Source: an uncultured Clostridia bacterium (lineage in GTDB: Bacteria > Bacillota > Clostridia > Christensenellales > UBA1242). Taken from it: 64,000 nucleotides of DNA. Below, one piece after another: positions 46,769-56,528 of this stretch. The stretch is taken from positions 48,962 through 112,961 of the forward strand of contig CAKVHQ010000002.1 of the NCBI GenBank assembly GCA_934749845.1. The letters are read 5' to 3'. Each line of letters opens with the position of its first letter. The stretch's first letter is position 1. The notes beneath the pieces were generated by a model that saw only the letters and a list, made by a program, of their open reading frames with translations, was not told the DNA's origin and did no database searches. The position numbers and the translations under genes were made by a program.

Positions 46769-47278
46769 ATGAACAAAGAAAGTGAAAAAGATAAAGGGCT
46801 TCAAACCAAATTAGAACATGAAATTTCGCCCAAAAAAAGAAAAGAACGAAATGAAAAATATAATGCTTATGTAGAGGCAAAGTCACCCAAAACAAAAAAT
46901 TTTCCTTCGCTTATAAATGCATTTTGGGTGGGAGGACTAATTTGCTGTATTGGTCAGGGAATATACGACATTACTAGCCTTTTATTTCCAGCGATGACAG
47001 ACACAGAGTTAAATGCTTGGATGCTTATTATTTTAATTTTCTTTACCTGCTTTTTAACCGCTATTGGTGTGTTTGACAAAATTGGAAACTTTGCAGGAGC
47101 GGGAACAATCGTTCCAATAACTGGCTTTGCAAACTCGATTGCCAGCCCAGCACTGGAATACAAAAAAGAAGGCATTATTTTTGGAGTATGCTCCAAAATG
47201 TTCGTAGTTGCTGGACCTGTTATCGTTTGCGGAACAGTCGCAAGCGTAATTGTAGGCATAATTTATCTATTTATTTAA
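46769..47278 (+). CDS. spoVAC: stage V sporulation protein AC
   Basis: ...AFWVGGLICCIGQ... and GAGTIVPITGFANS motifs. First gene of the spoVAC-AD-AEB trio. Confidence 0.9.
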   Translation: MNKESEKDKGLQTKLEHEISPKKRKERNEKYNAYVEAKSPKTKNFPSLINAFWVGGLICCIGQGIYDITSLLFPAMTDTELNAWMLIILIFFTCFLTAIGVFDKIGNFAGAGTIVPITGFANSIASPALEYKKEGIIFGVCSKMFVVAGPVIVCGTVASVIVGIIYLFI

Positions 47279-47289
47279 TGTGAGGAAGT

Positions 47290-48312
47290 ATGAATTATAA
47301 CAGAATAGGAAGTCAAACTATAGTTTTTAAAAATCAGCCAAAAATTATTGGCAACTATGCCATTGTTGGACAAAAAGAGGGCTCTGGTCCTTTTGGAAAA
47401 TATTTTGACTATGTTCTTGAAAACGACTTGTTTGGAGAAAAAACCTACGAAAAGGCAGAACGCAAAATAATGGAACATGCAATATTTAGTTGCGTGGATA
47501 AAGCACAAATCGACCCTAATGAAATTGATGTGATTTTGTCTGGTGACTTACTAAACCAAATAGTATCATCAAGTTTTGCTGCTAGACATTTTGATAAGCC
47601 ATTTTTAGGGTTATATAGCGCTTGCTCAACCATGACAGAGAGTTTGGCGATTGCAAGTTGTCTCGTCGATGGAAAATATGTGAAAACAGCAGTTTGTGCC
47701 ACAGGAAGCCATTTTTCAACGGCAGAAAAGCAATATCGTTTCCCACTTGAACTGGGAAATCAACGCCCACCAGTTGCTCAATGGACTGTTACAGGAGCAG
47801 GAACAACGCTATTATCACTAAACGGAGATAAGAGTTGTCCAAAAATCACTATGGCAACTTTTGGAAAGGTTGTTGACTATGGCATTGCTGACGCCAATAA
47901 CATGGGAGCAGCCATGGCGCCTGCTGCTATGAATACTTTAATTGCACATTTTAGTGATACCAAAACAAGACCAAGCGACTATGACCTTATTTTAACGGGA
48001 GATTTAGGTAAACTTGGAAGTGAAATCTTACGGGATTTAATGGAACGAAATGGCTATGCTCTGGGTTCAAATTACAGTGACTGCGGACAAATGATTTTTG
48101 ATGACCATCAGCACACATACCAAGGCGGAAGTGGAGCAGGTTGCAGTGCTAGCGTTTTTAATTCTTATGTTTTGTCGCACATAAAAGACGGAACTTATAA
48201 AAAGGTGCTGTTTTTAGCAACTGGTGCATTATTAAGCCCAACAACAACTTTTCAAGGGGACACAATTCCCGCAATTTCACATGCTGTTGTGGTTGAACGC
48301 GGAGATGAGTAA
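47290..48312 (+). CDS. spoVAD: stage V sporulation protein AD (thiolase-like fold)
   Basis: 340 aa with ...GDLLNQ...YSACST... thiolase-like motifs. GAGGAAG Shine-Dalgarno. Confidence 0.92.
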   Translation: MNYNRIGSQTIVFKNQPKIIGNYAIVGQKEGSGPFGKYFDYVLENDLFGEKTYEKAERKIMEHAIFSCVDKAQIDPNEIDVILSGDLLNQIVSSSFAARHFDKPFLGLYSACSTMTESLAIASCLVDGKYVKTAVCATGSHFSTAEKQYRFPLELGNQRPPVAQWTVTGAGTTLLSLNGDKSCPKITMATFGKVVDYGIADANNMGAAMAPAAMNTLIAHFSDTKTRPSDYDLILTGDLGKLGSEILRDLMERNGYALGSNYSDCGQMIFDDHQHTYQGGSGAGCSASVFNSYVLSHIKDGTYKKVLFLATGALLSPTTTFQGDTIPAISHAVVVERGDE

Positions 48313-48324
48313 AAACCGATGAAA

Positions 48325-48361
48325 CGCAGAAAAATCGGCATGTTTTAAGTGCTATGCAAAC
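48325..48361. repeat. half-copy of the dispersed repeat between spoVAD and spoVAEB
   Basis: GCAGAAAAATCGGCATGTTTTAAGTGCTATGCAAAC. The right 26 nt match 27561-27586 except for 2 positions. Confidence 0.7.
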
Positions 48362-48381
48362 TTATATTAAGGAGAAAATTT

Positions 48382-48747
48382 ATGTTATTAACTTATTTAA
48401 AAGTATTTTTAGTTGGCGGAATTATTTGCTTAATAGGACAAATACTTATCATCAAAACTAAAATGACTTCGGCAAGAATATTAGTGTCGTTCTTGGTTGC
48501 AGGTGTTTTTTTGGAAGGTCTAGGGCTATATGACCCAATAGTTGATTTTGGAAAAGCAGGGGCAACAGTGCCAATCGTTGGCTTTGGAAGAACACTAGCA
48601 AAGGGAGTTATAAAACAAGTGTCAACAAAAGGGGTTATTGGTCTATTTACAGGAGGACTTATGGCAACCGCAGGCGGAATTGCAGCCGCAGTTTTCTTTT
48701 CGTTTATTTTCTCACTGATATTCAGTTCTCACACAAAAAGATTTTAA
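48382..48747 (+). CDS. spoVAEB: stage V sporulation protein AEB
   Basis: ...FLVGGIICLIGQ... and GATVPIVGFG motifs. Start moved to ATG 48382 (AAGGAG Shine-Dalgarno). Confidence 0.88.
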   Translation: MLLTYLKVFLVGGIICLIGQILIIKTKMTSARILVSFLVAGVFLEGLGLYDPIVDFGKAGATVPIVGFGRTLAKGVIKQVSTKGVIGLFTGGLMATAGGIAAAVFFSFIFSLIFSSHTKRF

Positions 48748-48748
48748 G

Positions 48749-48770
48749 AATGGGCATTTGCCCATTTTTG
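48749..48770 (+). terminator. terminator after the spoVA genes
   Basis: AATGGGCA/TGCCCATT stem plus T-run. Confidence 0.65.
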
Positions 48771-48815
48771 TTTTGTTAGAATTATTGAAATTTATTGTTC
48801 ATATATTTTAAATAT

Positions 48816-49496
48816 ATGGGAAAAGTTTGTTCTAACAAAGAATATAAGAAAAGGAAATTAAAAAAACACCTAATAATTCTCACAATAACCGTTTTGATTA
48901 TAAGCGGAATTTTTGCATATTTTAATCTATATGTTAATCCTATCGTGGTAACAACAAATAAGTCCACAATTAAAGGGAAAACCAACGAAATAATAAACAA
49001 AGCAATAGAGCAAACGCTCAATCAAACCGATGTTTATGAACAACTTATAAATGTAAGTTTTGATAATGAAGGTAATGTGACCAGCATAACGGCAAACTCG
49101 CTTAATGCCAACAAAATTAACAATTCAATACTATCTAACTGTCAAGAAGCCTTAAACAACCAATCTAACCTATATTTTGATGTTCCGCTTGGAACTTTTA
49201 GTGGAATACCTTTGCTTAATGGCATAGGCCCTAAAATAAGAATTAAAATGTTACCTGTTGGCAACATTCAAAGCAGTTTTAAAAGCAATTTCACAAGCGT
49301 AGGAATAAATCAAACACATCATGAAATTTTTTTAAATTTCAAATTAAGCGTTTCAGTACTTCTGCCCGGAACTGACAAAACAGTTGATGTTTACTCGCAA
49401 GTTTTAATTGGCGAAAGCATAATTGTTGGCAAAGTGCCGGAAATATATTTTGGAAGTAATAATGTGTTAAGCTCTCAACTAAATTTAGTTCCTTAA
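48816..49496 (+). CDS. yunB: sporulation protein YunB
   Basis: N-terminal TM, then ...FDVPLGTFSGIPLLNGIGPKIRIKMLPVGN...GINQTHHEIFLNF... typical of YunB. Start uncertain (TTG 48795 or ATG 48816). CATATATT sigma-E-like -10 at 48800-48807. Confidence 0.75.
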   Translation: MGKVCSNKEYKKRKLKKHLIILTITVLIISGIFAYFNLYVNPIVVTTNKSTIKGKTNEIINKAIEQTLNQTDVYEQLINVSFDNEGNVTSITANSLNANKINNSILSNCQEALNNQSNLYFDVPLGTFSGIPLLNGIGPKIRIKMLPVGNIQSSFKSNFTSVGINQTHHEIFLNFKLSVSVLLPGTDKTVDVYSQVLIGESIIVGKVPEIYFGSNNVLSSQLNLVP

Positions 49497-49739
49497 TGCT
49501 CAAAATTTAAATCAATTTAGATTGATTAACTTATTTATTTAAAAAGTCAAATGACTAAAAAACACTTAAATAAAGCCATACTAAATGGAAACATAACTCG
49601 AATTGTATAAAATTCTATAAATAATATTTTCGCCCTTACACACTTTTAACATAGTTACTTAATTCTTATAAGTTATTTAACAAGCAAATAATCTTAAAAC
49701 AATAGACTTTTTTTGCTTGTTTTTGTATAATCTAAAATC

Positions 49740-50897
49740 ATGAGCGAGAAAATTTTTTTAGACAATGCAAGCACAACAAAAATAGATGAGAAGGTTAACC
49801 AACTAATTTCCAAAACAAACTTGGAGGATTTTTATAACCCATCAGCAATGTATCATGAAAGTTTAGTAATAAAACAAAAACTAGAGCAAGCACAAAAGAC
49901 TATTTCAAAGTACCTTAATGTTGAAAGTAAGAATATACTTTTTACTAGTGGAGCAACAGAATCCAACAACCTTGCCATTATGGGCAGTGTTACAGCAAAG
50001 AAAAATGCAGAATATATCTTTTCAAGTGGAGAACACCCATCGGTATCTAATGTTGCAAAATTTTTAGAGCAAAAAGGTATGATTATAAAATTTGTTAAGT
50101 TAACTGCTAACGGAGTGGTGGACCTAGACGATTTAAAGTCTAAATTAAGCCCAAACACTCATTTTGTTAGCATTATGTTTGTAAGCAACGAAACAGGGGC
50201 GATAAACGATATTCAAGCCATTTCAAACATAATCAAGTCATACAACAAAAATATAATTTTTCATGTTGACGGCGTGCAAGCGTTTGGCAAAATTCCATGC
50301 GACCTTTCTTCCTTGCAAGTTGACGCATTCTCGATTAGCGCTCACAAATTTCATGGACCAAAAGGTGTTGGCGTTTTATATTATAAAAACTTAAATGCAT
50401 TAAAGCCTCAAATGATTGGAGGCGGACAACAACTAAATTATCGTAGTGGAACAGAGAATGTTAGCGGAATTTTAGGTATGGAACTTGCATGCCAAATTGC
50501 CAACGAAAACATGCAAGAAAACTTTAACAAAGTTGCTCACTTAAAAAATTTATTTATCGAGCAAATACGCAAAGACTTGGAAGAAGTTGATTACCAAATC
50601 AACCAAAACGAAACTAACAACAGCCCATACATTTTGTCAGTAAGTTTTAAAGGGCTTAAAAGTGAAGTTTTAATGCACTTGCTTGAAAGAGAAAATGTGC
50701 TTGTTGGAACAGGAAGTGCTTGTTCAAGCAAGAAACAAGAAAACAGAGTTTTACAAAGCATGGGAAAACAACCAGACTATGTTAAAGGCAATATTAGAAT
50801 TAGTTTTTCAAGAATGAACACAACTGAAGAAGTTGAAACAGCAAGCAAGGCTTTTACAAAAGCGGTGCTTGAATTAAAACAAAATATAATGGGATAA
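49740..50897 (+). CDS. cysteine desulfurase (class V aminotransferase, NifS/NifZ/IscS-like)
   Basis: PLP-Lys motif SAHKFHGPKG and active-site loop GSACSS. Adjacent to thiI. Confidence 0.88.
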   Translation: MSEKIFLDNASTTKIDEKVNQLISKTNLEDFYNPSAMYHESLVIKQKLEQAQKTISKYLNVESKNILFTSGATESNNLAIMGSVTAKKNAEYIFSSGEHPSVSNVAKFLEQKGMIIKFVKLTANGVVDLDDLKSKLSPNTHFVSIMFVSNETGAINDIQAISNIIKSYNKNIIFHVDGVQAFGKIPCDLSSLQVDAFSISAHKFHGPKGVGVLYYKNLNALKPQMIGGGQQLNYRSGTENVSGILGMELACQIANENMQENFNKVAHLKNLFIEQIRKDLEEVDYQINQNETNNSPYILSVSFKGLKSEVLMHLLERENVLVGTGSACSSKKQENRVLQSMGKQPDYVKGNIRISFSRMNTTEEVETASKAFTKAVLELKQNIMG

Positions 50898-50903
50898 GGG
50901 ACT

Positions 50904-52076
50904 ATGATGGAACAAAAAACCGTATTTTTAATTAGATATAGCGAAATTCACTTGAAGGGTGGAAACAGACACTATTTTGAAAAGGCACTATTAAAAAACA
51001 TCAAAATTGCACTCGAAGATATTGATTGCTCTGTTAGCATGTTTAGTAGTCGTTACTTTGTTAGCGATTTTGAGCCAAAAGATGAAAACATAATTGAAAA
51101 AAGACTAATGACTGTTTTTGGCATTCATTCATTTAGCAAGGCAATTAGGATTAAAACAGATAAAGCCATATTGTTTAATTTCTTTGAAAACTATAAACTA
51201 GATGCAAAAACTTTTAAAGTGTCAACAACACGAGCAGACAAAAGTTTTCCTATGAGTTCTATGGAAATTTCACGAGAGATTGGTGGAGTTATCCTTGAAA
51301 ATAATCCTAATGTGGAAGTCGATTTGCACAGCCCAGAAAAAGTAGTATCTATTGATATTCGAGAAAATGGATTTACTTATATTTTTGACGACAGCGTTAA
51401 AGCACTAGGTGGAATGCCAGTTGGAACAGCAGGAAAAGGTCTTGTTTTACTTTCAGGCGGAATTGATAGCCCAGTTGCTGCATTTAGAATTTCAAAGCGT
51501 GGAATGAACATTATGGGTATTCATTTTCACAGTTATCCATACACCAGTGAACAAGCAAAAAACAAAGTTGTTAAACTTGCTTCGCTAGTTAAACCATACA
51601 CTCAAATTTACAAACTAATTTGCATACCTTTCACAAAAATTCAAGAAGAAATTCACAAGCATTGCGACCCAGAATTTATGATAACTATAATGCGTAGATT
51701 TATGGTTAGAATTGCCGAAAAAGTGGCAAAAACATATAAATGTCAAGCGTTGGTTACAGGCGAAAGTTTAGGGCAAGTTGCTAGTCAAACAATAGAGAGC
51801 ATAACCAGCACAAACAGCGTGGCACAAACTATGCCAATATTAAGACCTTTAATTTCTATGGATAAAGAAGAAATTGTGGAAATTGCAAAAAATATTAACA
51901 CATTTGAAACATCAATTTTGCCATACGAAGATTGTTGCACTGTCTTTTTACCAAAATTTCCAGTAATCAAGCCAAAACTGGAAAAGGTAATAAGAGAAGA
52001 AAGCAAGTTAGACATTGACGCATTAGTTGACGATGCTGTTAATAATTTGGAAGAGATAATCGTACCAAAAGAATAA
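50904..52076 (+). CDS. thiI: tRNA 4-thiouridine synthase ThiI
   Basis: THUMP N-terminal region and PP-loop SGGIDSPVA. Confidence 0.92.
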   Translation: MMEQKTVFLIRYSEIHLKGGNRHYFEKALLKNIKIALEDIDCSVSMFSSRYFVSDFEPKDENIIEKRLMTVFGIHSFSKAIRIKTDKAILFNFFENYKLDAKTFKVSTTRADKSFPMSSMEISREIGGVILENNPNVEVDLHSPEKVVSIDIRENGFTYIFDDSVKALGGMPVGTAGKGLVLLSGGIDSPVAAFRISKRGMNIMGIHFHSYPYTSEQAKNKVVKLASLVKPYTQIYKLICIPFTKIQEEIHKHCDPEFMITIMRRFMVRIAEKVAKTYKCQALVTGESLGQVASQTIESITSTNSVAQTMPILRPLISMDKEEIVEIAKNINTFETSILPYEDCCTVFLPKFPVIKPKLEKVIREESKLDIDALVDDAVNNLEEIIVPKE

Positions 52077-52097
52077 AAGCCATTTTTGGCTTTTTTT
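52077..52097 (+). terminator. terminator after thiI
   Basis: AAGCCA/TGGCTT stem plus T7. Confidence 0.65.
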
Positions 52098-52309
52098 ATT
52101 TTTACTTTTATAGACAAAATTTGAACATTATTTTATTTGACTTTATGGCAAAAAAAATGTAAAGTGATTATGTATATAAATTTATCTTTCAATTTTTTAT
52201 AAAATTTTATATATATTTCAAAGTGTATTTTATTAGTTATAGGCAGTAGCCTATATGTTTGTGCATCTACACTTTGGTCTTAAAAATTTTTAAAGGAGTT
52301 AGGCAAAAC

Positions 52310-53908
52310 ATGACAAGTATTTTTAACATGCTTGCCACTTTAGAAGTTCCTGTTTGGGTTTCCATATTAGTAGTCATCATTGCACTATCTTGTGGTTTAG
52401 TTTGTGGCTACTTTGTTGATAAACACTTAACAACAAAGAAATTTGGAAAAGCAAAAAATGCTGCAAACAAAATTATTGAAGATGCTTATGTTGAAGTAAA
52501 AACAACAAAAAAAGAAGCAATCTTGGAAACCAAAGAGCAAATTCAAAAACTCAAAGCAGATGCCGACGAAGAAATTCGCCAACGCAGATTTGAAGTTCAA
52601 AAACAAGAAGACAGAATGGCTCAAAGGGAAGAGTTCTTAACAAAAAAAGAGGAACAACTAGACAAAAGGCAAGATATTATTGACCAAACAAAACAAAGAC
52701 AAGAAGAGATGGAAAAATCTCTTGAAGCAGAAAAACAAAAAGTGGCTCAACTTCAAAGCGATGCTAAACTTGAATTAGAAAGAGTAAGTGGGCTAACCAA
52801 AGAAGACGCTAAAAAAGAGTTGCTTGCAACTTATGAAGAAGAAGCAAAAATCGACGCCGTAAGGCTTGTTCGCAATATTGAAGAAAAAGCCAAAGACGAA
52901 GCAGAAAAGAAAGCAAGAAACATCATTACAGGCGCAATTCAACGATATGCAGCCGACCAAACAAGTGAAGTCACAGTTTCAACTGTTATTCTTCCAAACG
53001 ATGAAATGAAAGGAAGAATTATCGGTCGTGAAGGACGAAACATCCGTGCGCTTGAACAAGCAACAGGAGTTGACTTTATCGTTGATGACACACCAGAAAG
53101 CATTGTAATTTCTGGATTTGACCCAGTTAGACGAGAAGTTGCAAGACAAACCCTTGAAAAACTCATTATTGATGGACGTATTCATCCAGCAAGAATTGAG
53201 GAAATGGTTGCAAAAGTGCAACGAGAAATTGACCAAACAATTAAAGAAGCAGGCGAAAACACCGCATTTGATGCTGGCATTCATGGAATTCACCCAGAAC
53301 TATTAAAAGTTTTAGGAAGATTGAAATACAGAACAAGTTACGGTCAAAATGTTTTAAAACATTCGCTTGAAGTATGCCATATTGCAGGAGCACTTGCTGC
53401 CGAACTTGGTGCAGATGTTAAAATTGCAAAACGCGGTGGATTGCTTCACGATATAGGCAAAGCCCTAGACCAAGAAACCGAAGGAACACATGTATCCATT
53501 GGTGTTGACTTATGCCGAAAATATCACGAAAGCGAAGAAGTTATTCATTGTATTGAAGCCCACCACGGTGGCGTTGAATATAGAACAGTTGAAGCAATGA
53601 TTGTTCAAGCAGCAGATGCAATTTCAAGTGCAAGACCGGGCGCAAGGCGTGAAAACATCGAAAACTATATTAAAAGACTTACACAACTTGAAGAGATTGC
53701 CAACAGTTTCAAAGGCGTTGACAAATCCTACGCAATTCAAGCAGGTCGTGAAGTTAGAATTATTGTTAAACCAGATGAAATTAAAGACGAAGATGCAGAA
53801 TTTTTGGCAAGAGATATTGCTCGTAAGATTGAAAACGAAATGCAGTATCCAGGTCAAATTAAAGTTAATGTTATTCGTGAATGGCGTTCAACTGATTATG
53901 CAAAATAA
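52310..53908 (+). CDS. rny: ribonuclease Y
   Basis: N-terminal TM, coiled-coil, KH domain ([12 protein letters not shown]), HD domain (LLHDIGK). Start moved to ATG 52310 (AAAGGAG Shine-Dalgarno). Confidence 0.95.
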   Translation: MTSIFNMLATLEVPVWVSILVVIIALSCGLVCGYFVDKHLTTKKFGKAKNAANKIIEDAYVEVKTTKKEAILETKEQIQKLKADADEEIRQRRFEVQKQEDRMAQREEFLTKKEEQLDKRQDIIDQTKQRQEEMEKSLEAEKQKVAQLQSDAKLELERVSGLTKEDAKKELLATYEEEAKIDAVRLVRNIEEKAKDEAEKKARNIITGAIQRYAADQTSEVTVSTVILPNDEMKGRIIGREGRNIRALEQATGVDFIVDDTPESIVISGFDPVRREVARQTLEKLIIDGRIHPARIEEMVAKVQREIDQTIKEAGENTAFDAGIHGIHPELLKVLGRLKYRTSYGQNVLKHSLEVCHIAGALAAELGADVKIAKRGGLLHDIGKALDQETEGTHVSIGVDLCRKYHESEEVIHCIEAHHGGVEYRTVEAMIVQAADAISSARPGARRENIENYIKRLTQLEEIANSFKGVDKSYAIQAGREVRIIVKPDEIKDEDAEFLARDIARKIENEMQYPGQIKVNVIREWRSTDYAK

Positions 53909-53916
53909 AAAAGAAA

Positions 53917-53944
53917 AACGAGCCTATAAAGGTTCGTTTTTTTT
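53917..53944 (+). terminator. terminator after rny
   Basis: AACGAGCC/GGTTCGTT stem plus T-run. Confidence 0.65.
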
Positions 53945-53975
53945 CATAAATAAACTTTATAATTTTTTAAAATAA

Positions 53976-53999
53976 AAGTTGTGTCAAAAGTTGTGTCAA
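53976..53999. repeat. perfect tandem duplication of a 12-mer (AAGTTGTGTCAA x2)
   Basis: Read directly. Lies between two terminators with no gene facing it. Confidence 0.9.
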
Positions 54000-54033
54000 T
54001 ATATTTTTATTTTATTTTTTATTTTTGTAATGA

Positions 54034-54059
54034 AATAAAAAAAGCCCGAAATTTCGGGC
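54034..54059 (-). terminator. terminator after tRNA-Trp
   Basis: GCCCGAAATTTCGGGC palindrome followed by a T-run on the minus strand. Confidence 0.7.
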
Positions 54060-54067
54060 AATTTTAA

Positions 54068-54143
54068 TGGCAGGCGAAGTAGGACTCGAACCCACGACCA
54101 ACGGTTTTGGAGACCGCGACTCTACCAACTGAGCTATTCGCCT
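54068..54143 (-). tRNA. tRNA-Trp (anticodon CCA)
   Basis: Reverse complement reads AGGCGAATAGCTCAGTTGGTAGAGTCGCGGTCTCCAAAACCG...TTCGAGTCCTACTTCGCCTGCCA. Confidence 0.88.
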
Positions 54144-54240
54144 AAGTGTTATTATCATAACTCATTATATATTTTTTGTCAAGAAATATTGTACAAAATA
54201 TAAGTATTCAAGGAAAATAGTGGACTTTTATTTTTTTGCT

Positions 54241-54249
54241 TGCTAAAAT
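54241..54249 (+). promoter_or_regulatory. extended -10 (TGCTAAAAT) ending 6 nt before the rnhA ATG (leaderless candidate)
   Basis: TGCTAAAAT-TTCTAC-ATG(54256), with no Shine-Dalgarno. Confidence 0.4.
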
Positions 54250-54255
54250 TTCTAC

Positions 54256-54717
54256 ATGGAAAATTTACCAGTAGTTGATTTATACACAGACGGAGCTTGT
54301 AGCCAAAATGGAACATGGATTGGCGGATATGGTGCTGTGCTAATTTATGGCGATAACATTAAAGAAATAAGCGGTTATGAAGAAAACACAACCAACAACA
54401 AAATGGAACTAAAAGCCGTTATTGAGGGTTTAAAAGCATTAAAGCGAAAAGTTAGTGTAACTGTTTATACCGACAGTGCTTATGTTTACAATGCCTTTAA
54501 AAATAACTGGATTGAAGCATGGCAAAACAATGGCTGGATTAACTCTCAAAATAAGCCAGTGTCGAACAAGGATTTATGGTTAGAACTAATTGCCCTGTGT
54601 GACAAGCACCAAGTTTCATGGCAAAAAGTTAAGGGACATGCAGACAATAAATATAACAATCAATGCGACAAACTCGCAACAGAACAAATCAAACTACATA
54701 GCAAAAAAGACGAATAA
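54256..54717 (+). CDS. rnhA: ribonuclease HI
   Basis: YTDGAC...TNNKMELKAV...YTDSAYV...KVKGHADN..N..CDKLA carries the DEDD catalytic pattern. Confidence 0.92.
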   Translation: MENLPVVDLYTDGACSQNGTWIGGYGAVLIYGDNIKEISGYEENTTNNKMELKAVIEGLKALKRKVSVTVYTDSAYVYNAFKNNWIEAWQNNGWINSQNKPVSNKDLWLELIALCDKHQVSWQKVKGHADNKYNNQCDKLATEQIKLHSKKDE

Positions 54718-54752
54718 AAAACACTCAAAATTGAGTGTTTTTTTGTTATTTA

Positions 54753-56519
54753 TTATCTCATATCTCTACGCTTAAATACTTCAAATATTAAAACTGTTAA
54801 GCCAATAATTGAAATTAAGGTGTAAACAGCGCTTATCCAGAAGTTAACTCCGTTTGCAACAGGCGATGTTAAAACTGAAGCAAGGAAATCGTTACTTGTG
54901 GATACAAACGAACTTCCAAAATATTTGTACAAGTTGATATTTGTGAATGGAAGAACTGCTAGCCAAGCCGATTTTCCAAGTAAAGTATTTAACACAAGTG
55001 TTCCAAAGAAGGCTAAAATAGAAACTGCTACTGAACCTATTTGTGATTTAAACAATAGTGAAATTGCCATGGCAAGTAATACAAAGAATACCATTTCTAC
55101 CATTAAAGTTAAAAGCATAATTGCATATAAAGCGAAAGGTGACATAGCCACAGCCTTGGTTGCATTAAATACAACTAGAACTTGCATACTTGCTCCGCCA
55201 TAGGAGATTAGTCCCATAATTAAAGTTGCAACAGCACTAACTAAAATCAAAATAATTCCAATAAGAAGTGTTGCTAACAATTTACCACCAAGGATTTTTT
55301 CTCTTTTATATGGTCTAATTGCAAGCATTTTCATAGTGCCAGATTGTAACTCGCCAGTAATTGTGGTGGCAGCAACTGTAACTACATATATAATTATAAT
55401 AAACATGCAAAGTCTTAAAGCGTAATATGAAAAGTCATAGCAGTTAATTTTGAAATTGGATGGTTGCATTAAGTTGAATGGATTTGCGTAATCCATACTG
55501 CATGTTCCATGATTAGAGTAGTAGATGAGTTTTGATTGTGTTTCTTGGGCTTCGTAAAAGTTAAAGTTTTCCAAGCCATAAAAACTATTTAATTGTGTTC
55601 CGCTATAATCTTTCAAAGCATTAAGATAAATTCCGTTTGTAACAAGTTCTAATGTTTCGTTACAATGCAACTTAAATTTGGTTGCAAGAAGTGAAAGGTG
55701 GTTTATATTGCTTGTTCTAGTGTTTTCAGTTCCACTTTTGTTTGCTTCGTGGAATTGGTCAATTTCGGCACGAATTTCGCTAATTTTGGTTCTTGCAACA
55801 TTAACATATTCATACAACGAATTAACATAACTTGCATCTGGTTGGAAAGGTTTTAATTTGTTGATATAACCGGATAAGATAGGAGAGAACTTGCTACCAA
55901 TTTCTCTTACAAAATCATTAACCAAAACTTCTTCGTCGCTATGTGCAGATGAGTAGTTAACCATATCATCATGCCATTGAGTAACTTGCGATAAAATTTG
56001 GCGATTTAGTTTAGCGTTGGTTAAAACATGAATTTCTTGTTTGCCAATTTGGCTTACGCCACCAAATTGATTATCATATTTTCCAACATTTTCGCTGTAA
56101 TAATTTTTAAAATCGGTGAAGGACTCAATAAATTTATTGCGTTCTGTTTTTGTATCTGCAGTTGAGCCTCTTGATAATGAATCTCTAAACTTAACATATT
56201 GTTGATACATTGCTTCAACTTTGGCATTTAAACTGCCAATTATGTCGTTTTCGGTTACATAACTATCAATAAAACTTTGAGCAGAGTCGATGTTCCTTTC
56301 AAAATTATTTAAAGAATTTGCTAGTGTTCCATTTAACTCTGTATAAAATTTATCAACAGTGTTCGCACTTGATGATGGCGTAACATAATATTTATCTCTG
56401 TCGCTTGGGCTATACAAAAATGAACAGCACGCAAGAACAAAAATCAAAATACCAGCCAAAACATAAATGCCGGGCTTATAAAACAATTTTTTAAATTCTG
56501 CTTTGCAAATACGAAACAT
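54753..56519 (-). CDS. ABC-2-type permease with a ~330-aa extracytoplasmic domain after TM1
   Basis: One N-terminal TM, a large soluble domain, then five C-terminal TM helices. Follows the ABC ATPase with a 9-nt gap. Confidence 0.7.
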   Translation of the reverse strand: MFRICKAEFKKLFYKPGIYVLAGILIFVLACCSFLYSPSDRDKYYVTPSSSANTVDKFYTELNGTLANSLNNFERNIDSAQSFIDSYVTENDIIGSLNAKVEAMYQQYVKFRDSLSRGSTADTKTERNKFIESFTDFKNYYSENVGKYDNQFGGVSQIGKQEIHVLTNAKLNRQILSQVTQWHDDMVNYSSAHSDEEVLVNDFVREIGSKFSPILSGYINKLKPFQPDASYVNSLYEYVNVARTKISEIRAEIDQFHEANKSGTENTRTSNINHLSLLATKFKLHCNETLELVTNGIYLNALKDYSGTQLNSFYGLENFNFYEAQETQSKLIYYSNHGTCSMDYANPFNLMQPSNFKINCYDFSYYALRLCMFIIIIYVVTVAATTITGELQSGTMKMLAIRPYKREKILGGKLLATLLIGIILILVSAVATLIMGLISYGGASMQVLVVFNATKAVAMSPFALYAIMLLTLMVEMVFFVLLAMAISLLFKSQIGSVAVSILAFFGTLVLNTLLGKSAWLAVLPFTNINLYKYFGSSFVSTSNDFLASVLTSPVANGVNFWISAVYTLISIIGLTVLIFEVFKRRDMR

Positions 56520-56528
56520 AATTTTCTC

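Noticed and set aside
52098-52309. Long 5' region of rny as a riboswitch or autoregulatory leader
   Set aside because: There is a plausible promoter (TTGACT-17-TAAAGT) and one small hairpin, but no recognisable riboswitch or T-box features.
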